Origin: Opitutales bacterium
Lineage (GTDB): Bacteria; Verrucomicrobiota; Verrucomicrobiia; Opitutales; UBA2987
DNA: 54,997 bases
Direction: 5' to 3'
Assembly (NCBI GenBank): GCA_965226885.1
Contig: CBDDEL010000008.1
Location: 1 to 54,997, forward strand
Part shown: in pieces, positions 19,806-28,211 of the stretch
Position numbering within the stretch: position 1 is the stretch's first letter
How the letters are laid out: each line of letters opens with the position of its first letter
The notes under the pieces: generated by a model
Database searches by the model: none
Told to the model about the DNA's origin: nothing
The model's input: the letters and a program-made list of their open reading frames with translations, nothing else
Translations under genes and position numbers: made by a program

Positions 19806-21311
19806 ATGGCGAAAAAATTTTATCTGCGGCAATGGATTTTTTGGTTGTTTCCATTGATGAATGAGGGCTTGAATTTCCTTGTGGACGAACATTGGGCATT
19901 GCGGGAAGCTTTTGCAAAGGCAGGACAGGGGCACGTTTTCAGGTTTTTTGACCGGCTTGATGAGGATTCATGCAACCGGCTGCTTGAGCAAGCCTCTGAG
20001 ATCGACCTGCCAGAGTTGGAAGATTTGCTACAGGAATTGGTTTTCCGTGAAAGGAAGCCCGAGTCCGGCCCCGGTAGTCTGCAGCCGGCTCCTTATATCG
20101 CCGCGCCCGAACATGGGGGAGACCGAAGTGCCTGGCAGGAAGCCGAAAAAACCGGCTGCGAAGCCTTGAGAAATGGGCGCGTGGCAGCCTTTACGGTGGC
20201 CGGAGGGCAAGGAACACGGCTCGGTTTCGACGGGCCCAAAGGGACCTTCCCGGTGACTCCGGTCCGAGCAAAGAGCCTCTTCCAGGTATTTGCCGAAAAA
20301 ATACTGGCGGCTTCCCTGCGATATGAAGCCTCCATTCCCTGGTTTATCATGACCAGCGAAGCCAACCACGAAAAAACGATTGAGTTTTTCCAAAAAAATA
20401 CATTTTTCGGACTTGAAAATCAAAATTGCCACTTTTTCAAACAGGGACGCATGCCGGCGGTGGATTTTGAGGGGAAAATACTACTGGAAAAACCCGATGC
20501 CATTGCCTTGAGCCCGGATGGGCATGGTGGTTCATTGAGGGCATTGGTCAGGAGTGGTTCGCTCGATCGGATGGAGGAGGCGGGTATCGATATTATCAGC
20601 TATTTTCAGGTCGATAATCCCTTGTTGAAGCCAATCGATCCGGCATTTATCGGTTTTCATCTCCTGCGCGAATCGGAAATGTCGAGCAAGATAGTGGGCA
20701 AAACTTACCCGTCGGAAAAAGTGGGTGTGTTCTGCCTCCGGGAAGGCCACTTGGAGGTGATTGAATACAGCGACCTACCGGAAAATCTGACTCTGGAAAA
20801 AGACGAGAGTTCGGGGGAACTGCGTTTCCGGACCGGGAGCATCGCCATACACTTGTTATCCAGTGATTTTGCCCGAAAAGTGGGATGGGACGATCCCCGG
20901 TTTCGGCTGCCTTTTCACCGGGCGGATAAAAAAGTGACCGCCATCGATTCCGTGGGCCAACCGATCGAGTCCGATTCGCCAAATGGTGTAAAATTTGAGA
21001 TGTTCGTCTTCGACGCGCTGAGGTTTGCTAAAAATCCCATCCTGGTGGAAACTTTGCGTGAGGAGGAATTCAGTCCGGTTAAATATGCCGCCGGTATAGA
21101 TTCTGCGGAATCCTCTCTCCGGGACCAATTGCGCCAATGGACGCGCTGGCTGAAAGCGGCCGGGGTGGATATCGCCGTCGATGAATCGGGGCTGCCGGGT
21201 TTCTCTTTCGAGGTCAGCCCTCTGTTTGCCGATAGTGAAAAAGCATTTTTGGTAAAATGGAATGATCTCGAGACCAAACCGAAAATTGAAGAAGAAGCCT
21301 GCCTGCAATGA
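19806..21311 (+). CDS. UDPGP type 1 family (UDP-N-acetylhexosamine pyrophosphorylase-like); start may be later
   Basis: AGGQGTRLG, PKG, PDGHGG, QVDNPL, EYSD, KFEMFVFD, EEFSPVK. Confidence 0.9.
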   Translation: MAKKFYLRQWIFWLFPLMNEGLNFLVDEHWALREAFAKAGQGHVFRFFDRLDEDSCNRLLEQASEIDLPELEDLLQELVFRERKPESGPGSLQPAPYIAAPEHGGDRSAWQEAEKTGCEALRNGRVAAFTVAGGQGTRLGFDGPKGTFPVTPVRAKSLFQVFAEKILAASLRYEASIPWFIMTSEANHEKTIEFFQKNTFFGLENQNCHFFKQGRMPAVDFEGKILLEKPDAIALSPDGHGGSLRALVRSGSLDRMEEAGIDIISYFQVDNPLLKPIDPAFIGFHLLRESEMSSKIVGKTYPSEKVGVFCLREGHLEVIEYSDLPENLTLEKDESSGELRFRTGSIAIHLLSSDFARKVGWDDPRFRLPFHRADKKVTAIDSVGQPIESDSPNGVKFEMFVFDALRFAKNPILVETLREEEFSPVKYAAGIDSAESSLRDQLRQWTRWLKAAGVDIAVDESGLPGFSFEVSPLFADSEKAFLVKWNDLETKPKIEEEACLQ

Positions 21312-23287
21312 AACAGATTTTAGAGAAGATCGGCAAAGCGGAGGAGGAAAGCCTTCTCCTGCCCGAAACATGCGTAAATATTAGAGCCTGGAGCCGGGGG
21401 GGGGTTCTTCCCGAATGGGCGCGGGAAAGCCTTCGGGAGTTGGTCGAAGGCGAGGCGTGGGAGGAATTGAACAACCGGTTTTACAAAAATCTTGCCTTCG
21501 GCACCGGCGGTTTGCGAGGCCGGACCATCGCCGCTTTACCGACCGCTGCGGAAACAGGGGAAAACCAGTCCTTCGGGGATACCCCGGCCCATGCCGCTCT
21601 GGGCAGCGCTTGCATGAACGACTTCAATGTGGTGCGCGCCACCATCGGTTTGTTTCGCTATAGCCAAAAATTCCTGGCTGGAATGTCGGGGAGCGCCGGG
21701 GCGCCTGCTCTAGTGGTGGCCCATGATGTGCGGCATTTTTCCCGGCATTTTTGCGAGTTGACGGTTTCCACCTGGCGGCAATTGGGCGGGGAGGCTTCCA
21801 TTTTTGACGGGCCGCGATCAACCCCGCAGCTCAGTTTTTCCGTGCGGAATCTTGGCACAACGGCCGGCATCGTCATAACGGCCAGCCACAACCCGCCTCA
21901 CGACAACGGCTACAAGGTTTATTTCAGGGACGGAGCGCAAATAGTTTCTCCCCACGCCGAGGGTATCATTGCAGAGGTGAATAAGGTGGACCTGGTTGAG
22001 ACGGGTCCCTTTTTGGATAAAATCATGGAAGGCGTGGCCGCCCTCGGTTCGGACGTGGATGCTGCCTATGCCAAAGTCCTGGAGGAAAATGTGCTCGACC
22101 CGGCGTTGTTGAGGCGCATCCGCCCCAAGGTTGTCTTTTCCCCCATCCATGGAACGGGCGGAATAATGTCCGTTCCCTTAATGAAAAAATTAGGGGTTGA
22201 TGTTGTCACGGTAGAAGAGCAGGAAACCATGGATCCTCATTTTCCCACAGTAAATTCACCCAATCCGGAAAATGCCGAAGCCCTCTCCCTGGCCCTGTCA
22301 AAAGCTATTGCCGTGGGGGCTGATCTGGTTCTGGCCACCGACCCGGACGCCGACCGCATGGGAGTGGCCGTAGCCGTGGCCAACAGTGATGGCAAGATGG
22401 ACCTGCTCACCGGCAACATGATCGGGTCCGTCCTGGCGGAATATCGAGCCTCAAAAATGAAAGACCTCGGCCTGTTGCCACGCCAGGGCAGCGACCGCGC
22501 CGCAATTATCAAGACCTTCGTAACGACCCCGCTGCAGGCGGCTATCGCCAAAGCCCACGGCTTGAAGTTGATCGACACTTTGACCGGTTTCAAATTCATC
22601 GGGGAAAAGCTGACCGATTATGAAGCCGAGCTGAAAGAGAATTTGCTCAAAAAAGAAGGTCGAAACATAGATTACGACGCTGCCGGGCATCGCGAATTGC
22701 TCGACCTTCATTTGCAATATGGAACCTATTTCGTATTTGGAGGAGAGGAAAGCTACGGTTATCTGGCCAGCGACCGGTTACGGGACAAAGACGCCAACGC
22801 GGCCGTCATAATGTTCTGCGAATTGGTGGCTGCGTTGAAGGTAGAAGGCAAAACCGTTGGCCAGTACCTCGATTCGATTTACCTCAAATACGGTTATTAT
22901 TCGGAAAAACTCCTTAATATCGTTCATCAAGGGGCCGCCGGAGCCGCCGCCATTGCCCGCATCCTGAAATCCTACAGGGACCATCCGCCCCGTGAAATCG
23001 GAGGCATCGGGGTGGATAAATTTACCGATTTTGGCGTGGACGACGTTTTCGACGCTGATGGAAAACAGATTCCCAAAGAAAATTTTTATTTCCTGAAATT
23101 GGCCAATGGCTATACCTACGCGGTGCGCGGCAGCGGCACGGAGCCCAAGATCAAGTTTTACCTGTTCGCGCGGGAGGAGGTGGCCGATGCCTCTTCACTG
23201 GCCAATGCCAAACATAACGCCGCAGAAAAGTTATTGCCGCTGGAAAAGGCCATCGATGCCGATGCTGAAAAGCGCTCGGGTCGTTAG
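21308..23287 (+). CDS. Phosphoglucomutase/phosphomannomutase
   Basis: FGTGGLRG, ITASHNP, DPDADR, GEESYG, RGSGTEPKIKFY. Confidence 0.93.
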   Translation: MKQILEKIGKAEEESLLLPETCVNIRAWSRGGVLPEWARESLRELVEGEAWEELNNRFYKNLAFGTGGLRGRTIAALPTAAETGENQSFGDTPAHAALGSACMNDFNVVRATIGLFRYSQKFLAGMSGSAGAPALVVAHDVRHFSRHFCELTVSTWRQLGGEASIFDGPRSTPQLSFSVRNLGTTAGIVITASHNPPHDNGYKVYFRDGAQIVSPHAEGIIAEVNKVDLVETGPFLDKIMEGVAALGSDVDAAYAKVLEENVLDPALLRRIRPKVVFSPIHGTGGIMSVPLMKKLGVDVVTVEEQETMDPHFPTVNSPNPENAEALSLALSKAIAVGADLVLATDPDADRMGVAVAVANSDGKMDLLTGNMIGSVLAEYRASKMKDLGLLPRQGSDRAAIIKTFVTTPLQAAIAKAHGLKLIDTLTGFKFIGEKLTDYEAELKENLLKKEGRNIDYDAAGHRELLDLHLQYGTYFVFGGEESYGYLASDRLRDKDANAAVIMFCELVAALKVEGKTVGQYLDSIYLKYGYYSEKLLNIVHQGAAGAAAIARILKSYRDHPPREIGGIGVDKFTDFGVDDVFDADGKQIPKENFYFLKLANGYTYAVRGSGTEPKIKFYLFAREEVADASSLANAKHNAAEKLLPLEKAIDADAEKRSGR

Positions 23288-23709
23288 TCTCCTTGCCGAT
23301 GCTCGGCTCTTACCGTTATCCCAATCCCACCCCGAACCGAAAAATCCGCCACCACTTCGCACCAACGCGGGTCGAGCGCTTCCACCAGGTCGTCCAGGAT
23401 AACGTTTGCCACATGTTCCTGAAAAGTTCCCTCGTTGCGGTAACTCCAGAAATAAAGCTTCAGGGATTTGGTTTCCACGATCTTTTTGTCGGGAATGTAG
23501 TTGATGGTGATGGTGGCAAAATCGGGCTGTCCGGTTTTGGGGCAGATACAGGTGAATTCATCGGTATCGAGGGTCACAACATAGTCCCGCTTGGGGTGCT
23601 TGTTGGGGAATGTCTCCAGATTTTTGGAGGGTTCGTTTTTCTCCGATCCAAGAAGCGAAAGGCCCTTGAGGTCGGATTTGGAGGTGATTTTTCTCTTTTT
23701 TGCGGACAT
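23284..23709 (-). CDS. queF: NADPH-dependent preQ0 reductase (unimodular)
   Basis: EFTCICPKTGQPDFA, ETKSLKLY, RGGI. Confidence 0.93.
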   Translation of the reverse strand: MSAKKRKITSKSDLKGLSLLGSEKNEPSKNLETFPNKHPKRDYVVTLDTDEFTCICPKTGQPDFATITINYIPDKKIVETKSLKLYFWSYRNEGTFQEHVANVILDDLVEALDPRWCEVVADFSVRGGIGITVRAEHRQGD

Positions 23710-23721
23710 ATTTTCGATTGG

Positions 23722-24612
23722 TTAGAGGTCCATTTGCTGCGGCGATTCCAAAATCTCTTTGAGGGTGCCAAGAAATGACGCGCCGGTTGCGCCATCCACG
23801 GCCCGGTGGTCTCCACTCAACCCCATAGTTATTTGCAGCCCGGCCACAATGGCTCCATGCGCATCGATTACAGGCTTCTGCTGCAGGACTCCCACGGCCA
23901 GAATGGCGGCATTGGGCGGATTGATGATTCCATAAAAACTCTTCACCCCCAACATGCCCAGGTTCGTGACCGTAAATGTGCTTCCGGTAATTTCATTCGC
24001 CGTCAATTTCTTGTCCCTCGCTTTTTTCGCCAGTTCACGGGCTTCGATTCCGATTTGACGAATCCCTTTAAGATGGGCGTTGCGAATGATCGGGGTGATC
24101 AAACCATCCTCAATGGCCACGGCGAAGGCCAGATGAACCGATTCATGCCGGCGAATATTTTTCCCCAGCCAGGAGACATTGATGCCCGGAACGCGCCGCA
24201 GAGCTTCCGCCGCGGCCTTCAGTATAAAGTCATTCCATGAGAGCTTTCCGGTTTTCGATGCATCATTCAGTGATGCGCGATATTGGTTCAGCGGTCCCGC
24301 ATCGACCTCGATATCCATGTAAAAATGCGGGATTTGCGTCTTGGATTCGTGCAGCCGCCGGGCGATGGTGGCCCTCGTGGTGGAAACCGGAAGATCGGCA
24401 AAGGCAGATTCCTCAGATTTTTCAGCGGCTTCCGATTGAGAAGTTGTATCAACGCCCTCCGCTTTACCGGCTGCCGCTGCCAGGACATCGCCCCTCATGA
24501 TGCGCCCGCCGGGTCCCGTGCCGGCCAGCGATTCAATGTCGATGCCCTTTTCCGCAGCCAGCTTTCTGGCAGATGGCGATGCTTTCTTTTTCATTTCGTA
24601 ATCAATTAACAA
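23722..24612 (-). CDS. 2-oxoacid dehydrogenase E2 acyltransferase lacking the lipoyl domain
   Basis: Begins at the E3-binding domain (ASPSARKLA...GTGPGGRI); PHFY, GSTFTVTNLG, IINPP, DHRAVDG. Confidence 0.85.
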   Translation of the reverse strand: MLIDYEMKKKASPSARKLAAEKGIDIESLAGTGPGGRIMRGDVLAAAAGKAEGVDTTSQSEAAEKSEESAFADLPVSTTRATIARRLHESKTQIPHFYMDIEVDAGPLNQYRASLNDASKTGKLSWNDFILKAAAEALRRVPGINVSWLGKNIRRHESVHLAFAVAIEDGLITPIIRNAHLKGIRQIGIEARELAKKARDKKLTANEITGSTFTVTNLGMLGVKSFYGIINPPNAAILAVGVLQQKPVIDAHGAIVAGLQITMGLSGDHRAVDGATGASFLGTLKEILESPQQMDL

Positions 24613-24642
24613 TCCAACATCAAGTATCCAGCATCCTGCAAT

Positions 24643-25140
24643 CTATTGACACTCCTCGATAACGACCTCCGGCTTGTTTCCGGGAGTGCATTCTGCCCTC
24701 ATCACGACAAAGCCTTTGCGGTGCTTAAAATACACCGGCCAGAGGGCCTCCCGGTCGGTCTCGGGAATTGGCAGGTCCTCGATTTGCTCCGGATGATGAA
24801 AAGCGAAATCGCCCTCCTCGAAATTTTCAGGCAAACGGTCCAGGGTTTTGTTGCAATCGAAAAGAAACATCAGCCAGTGGGTATTGTCCTCATAATTTTT
24901 TTCGCTCATCATGGCAAACAAATGGAGGTCTTTTTCCGCCACCTCCAGGCCGGTTTCCTCCCGCGTTTCCCGGATGGCGCACTCGAACGGGCTTTCCCCC
25001 TTTTCCATCTCCAGCTTCCCCCCAATGCAACTCCACAGCCCATGATTGGGATATTTCTTTCGTTTTAAAAGCAATAAACGGCCCTCCCCGTCTCGCAGGT
25101 GGACCAGAACGCTGATTTTAAATGGTCGGGACCGATTCAT
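24643..25140 (-). CDS. NUDIX hydrolase (MutT-like)
   Basis: Nudix box GGKLEMEKGESPFECAIRETREETG. Confidence 0.9.
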   Translation of the reverse strand: MNRSRPFKISVLVHLRDGEGRLLLLKRKKYPNHGLWSCIGGKLEMEKGESPFECAIRETREETGLEVAEKDLHLFAMMSEKNYEDNTHWLMFLFDCNKTLDRLPENFEEGDFAFHHPEQIEDLPIPETDREALWPVYFKHRKGFVVMRAECTPGNKPEVVIEECQ

Positions 25141-25251
25141 CGCTTTCGGGTATAGAAGCCGAAAGTCCCCACCGGCAAGACTTTTCACCTACACGCCCTT
25201 GATAACCAACACCTGGCTTACTGCTGCTTTAAAGTTTTTAAGCAGTCCCGC

Positions 25252-25424
25252 ATTTCTCTAAAGGGCCAAAACCAATCTGACCTCAGCCATACAACCTTAA
25301 ACAGTTTGACCTCTTGCCGGTCTTTTTAAGCCTGCAAAAGTTCTGGCTTGTTCATTTTCCAGGCGGCAGCCCCAGCCAGCAGGGTCATCAATACGATCAT
25401 TCCCCACTCGTTTAGGGTTGGGAT
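25252..25424 (-). repeat. IPTL-CTERM coding tail plus conserved 3' module, copy 1
   Basis: Aligns with 27738-27921 across the sorting signal and ~75 bp beyond the stop. Confidence 0.88.
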
Positions 25425-26098
25425 TTCCGCTTGTGAGTCGCTCCTGCCAAGATGGGGGTGTTGGGCGTGTCTTCCCAGGCCCAGTCCAAAACGGCGACCG
25501 ATGTGCTGTTTGGATGAACATTGACCTGGACCCAGCCGTAATGCAAAAGTCCCGTTGTGCCTGTGCCTTCACTGCCGTCACCATTGATAAACCGGACGCC
25601 GATGTAACTGTTTCCCGCACCGGGGAATTGGCCGATATTTATGCCGACGCCAAGTACACTATTGTTGGAATAAGCCCAGGAACCATCCCCGGTAATGGTG
25701 TTAAGGGTGTTGGCAATATTGTAGTTTGCGCTCAAGGCCTTGGGAAAATCACTAACACTTGATTTAATGAGACTGGCACCATTCATGACGTATACGAGGG
25801 CATGAGGGAAAGGAGGAACTTTGTATATTTCTAAGTCAATATCGCCATCACCGTCAATATCGATGGGTTTAAATTCGTTAGGCGGCGTTAACTCAATATT
25901 CTGCAGGCCGCTGTATTGTATAACAGCTTCTGCCGCAGGGGCCATGGCCAAGGCAGCACCACCAGCCGCAGCACTGGCCAGGGCGAGATTACTGGGTCTT
26001 GCTGACACTTTCCCCGCCGCTAGGGCCGATGCCCGGTAGGCCTCCAGCTTGTCCTTTAAATCAGTGATTTTCTTAACTTCTGGCTTATTCTTCATCAT
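25326..26098 (-). pseudogene. IPTL-CTERM sorting-domain surface protein; anchor out of frame through a frameshift at ~25432-25437
   Basis: Leader ...AAAGGAALAMAPAAEA-VIQYSG; body ends YGWV...WAWEDTPNTPILAGA; the shifted frame continues QAEIPTLNEWGMIVLMTLLAGAAAWKMNKPELLQA*. Confidence 0.85.
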
Positions 26099-26149
26099 GT
26101 AGGTCATGTATGATGTGCACTGGAAAAAGTGGACACGAGATTCTCCTAA

Positions 26150-26461
26150 ATGGAGAATCGAAGCATGGGAAGAAGACGCTTTAGTATAGAGTTCAAAAAT
26201 GAGGCAGTTCAACTGATGATACTCGATGGTCTGAGCGCCACCGAGGTATCGACCAAACTTGGGGTCAACACCAACCAATTGTATAGGTGGAAGAGGCTCT
26301 ATCTGGACGATCAGCAGGGCGAAGCCACCTCAAAGCGACAGAGCAGTCCGAAGGAGATGGCGGCCGAGATAGATCGTCTTCGCAAAGAGCTGCGCCGCTC
26401 GGAGCGGATCAACCAGATACTAAAAAAAACGGTGGGCTACTTTGCCAAGGACGAACAATGA
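26150..26461 (+). CDS. IS3 transposase OrfA
   Basis: Same as 4830-5138 plus one codon (F). Confidence 0.9.
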   Translation: MENRSMGRRRFSIEFKNEAVQLMILDGLSATEVSTKLGVNTNQLYRWKRLYLDDQQGEATSKRQSSPKEMAAEIDRLRKELRRSERINQILKKTVGYFAKDEQ

Positions 26462-27375
26462 AGTACCAGTTTGTCAAAGACAACGAGGGGCGCTTCAAGA
26501 TCGAGGAAATATGCTCGGCGATGGGGATTTGTCGCAGTGGCTATTACTGCTGGAGGCCCCGAGCGCCCTCGGCCCGGCGGATCGAGGACGAGGGAATCAA
26601 GGGGGCGATCCTGAAGGTACACAAAGAGGCCAAGGGCCGCTATGGGCATCGGCCAATGCACCGCCATCTGAAGGATGATGAGGGCATCGATTGCGGCCGT
26701 GACCGGGCTCTGCGTCTGATGCGTGAAATGGGAATCAAAAGCACCCAGAGTAAACGCTTTAAGCCATTAAAAACCAACAGTAACCATCCCTATGGTTACA
26801 GCCCCAATGTGCTTAAAAAGCATGGCCAGCCGACCCATATCGACGAGGTCTGGGTGGCGGACACGACCTACCTACGGACCCTGGCCGGTTGGATGTACTT
26901 GGCCACGGTGATGGACCTGTTCAGCCGACGCCTGCTGGGCTGGAGCGTTTCCAACCACAACGACGCGAAGCTGGTTGGCAAGGCCCTCAAAGCCGCGGCC
27001 ATGACCCGCGGCACACTGCGCACCGGGATTATTCATCACAGCGATCGGGGCAGCCCCTACGCCAGCGACGACTATCAGAGGCTGGTCTCTGAACTAGGCA
27101 TGAAGCCGAGCATGAGCGCCCAAGGCAACTGCTACGACAACGCGGCCATGGAATCGTTCTACGGCCGCTTCAAGACCAGCACGATTCGAGGCCGCCACTT
27201 TGCCGACGAGCGCGAACTGCGATCAACTGTCTTCGAATACGTGGAAATCTTCTACAACCGATATCGCAAACATTCCTCTCTGAGTTACCAAAGCCCAGTC
27301 CAATTCGAGGAAAATATTTGCCCCCCATGGGGGGCAACGAGAAAACAAAACCCTTTACCAAAACAAGCCGCCTGA
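26458..27375 (+). CDS. IS3 transposase OrfB
   Basis: DDE motifs; near-identical to 3916-4833. Confidence 0.92.
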   Translation: MKYQFVKDNEGRFKIEEICSAMGICRSGYYCWRPRAPSARRIEDEGIKGAILKVHKEAKGRYGHRPMHRHLKDDEGIDCGRDRALRLMREMGIKSTQSKRFKPLKTNSNHPYGYSPNVLKKHGQPTHIDEVWVADTTYLRTLAGWMYLATVMDLFSRRLLGWSVSNHNDAKLVGKALKAAAMTRGTLRTGIIHHSDRGSPYASDDYQRLVSELGMKPSMSAQGNCYDNAAMESFYGRFKTSTIRGRHFADERELRSTVFEYVEIFYNRYRKHSSLSYQSPVQFEENICPPWGATRKQNPLPKQAA

Positions 27376-27624
27376 CACACTAATCAATAAACAATGAATA
27401 TAAGAGAATCCCGTGTCCAACAAATCCAGTACACGTCATAGGAGATTTTTTGGGTGAACAGACAGACTTGTACTATCTGGGGTAGAAAGTAGAAAGAATT
27501 TTTAAATACCCTTCGATGACCTATACGTCAACCATAACCAGCCCATGCCAATCGTATCGCTCACGGCAAGCCATTCCATTCCAAACAGGGTAAAAAGGCC
27601 AGGCAGAGCAATACAATCATGCCT

Positions 27625-27736
27625 CCTGCGCCTTCTCAACCTAACCAATAAATTCTGCAACAGACACCCCTGGAGCCTTACACAGAAAAAGACAGCTTGA
27701 AGGCTGGGGTTCCGCTGCCCTCGCTCAAGGTTTCCC
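27625..27736 (-). pseudogene. C-terminal fragment of an XRE-family HTH regulator
   Basis: GNLERGQRNPSLQAVF, then after a frameshift LCKAPGVSVAEFIG*VEKAQE. Confidence 0.6.
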
Positions 27737-27737
27737 A

Positions 27738-27921
27738 CTTTTCTCTAAAAGGCCAAAAGGGGCCAAGACCAAACTGACCCTGCCCATACTACCTTAAACA
27801 GTTTGACCTTTTGCCGGTCTTTTTAAGCGGGCAAAAGCTCGGGCTTGTTCATTTTCCATGCGGCAGCACCAGCCAGCAGGGTCATCAACACGATGATGCC
27901 CCATTCGTTCAGTGTGGGGAT
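27738..27921 (-). repeat. IPTL-CTERM coding tail plus conserved 3' module, copy 2
   Basis: Direct repeat of 25252-25424. Confidence 0.88.
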
Positions 27922-28211
27922 GACAGCCTCCGCTCTCACATAAACATTAACACCATCATGGTTATTTTTAAGATTAGGGTGGGGGCCTAATGAAAAATTA
28001 TTCTCTCCCCAGATGATGAGATTATTGTTCACCCCGTTTAAATGGTTCCCATCTATGGAAATAAACGAATCTTCTGCCGTGAGGTTCCGGCTAAGAACGT
28101 TTCCCACGGTGTTGGATTCCACCCCGTCGATAGCGACTTGGAGCTGAATATTGGGAGTTTGGTCACCTTCCGATGCATCAATGAGATTCCTCAGATCGTC
28201 GTAATTAGCTA
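27823..28211 (-). pseudogene. IPTL-CTERM protein, 5'-truncated at the IS5-like element
   Basis: Ends VIPTLNEWGIIVLMTLLAGAAAWKMNKPELLPA*; the frame does not continue beyond the other IS end. Confidence 0.85.

Larger units (their letters stand above)
26111..27438 (+). mobile_element. IS3-family insertion sequence, type 1 copy B
   Basis: Same IRs as copy A; only TA is shared by the flanks; inserted 12 bp upstream of the IPTL gene start. Confidence 0.95.

Noticed and set aside
22363..22380. GTGGCCGTAGCCGTGGCC (VAVAVA) in the phosphomutase as a micro-duplication
   Set aside because: In-frame, imperfect and with no sibling copy to show it is derived.
25412..26278. 288-aa ORF starting inside IS3
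   Set aside because: The first ~60 aa are antisense IS3 sequence; the real start is near 26098.
25252..27921. IPTL 3' repeats as integron attC sites, dif sites or a DGR template/variable pair
   Set aside because: No RYYYAAC...GTTRRRY boxes, no XerC/D consensus, no integrase or reverse transcriptase in the window, and mismatches are not adenine-specific.
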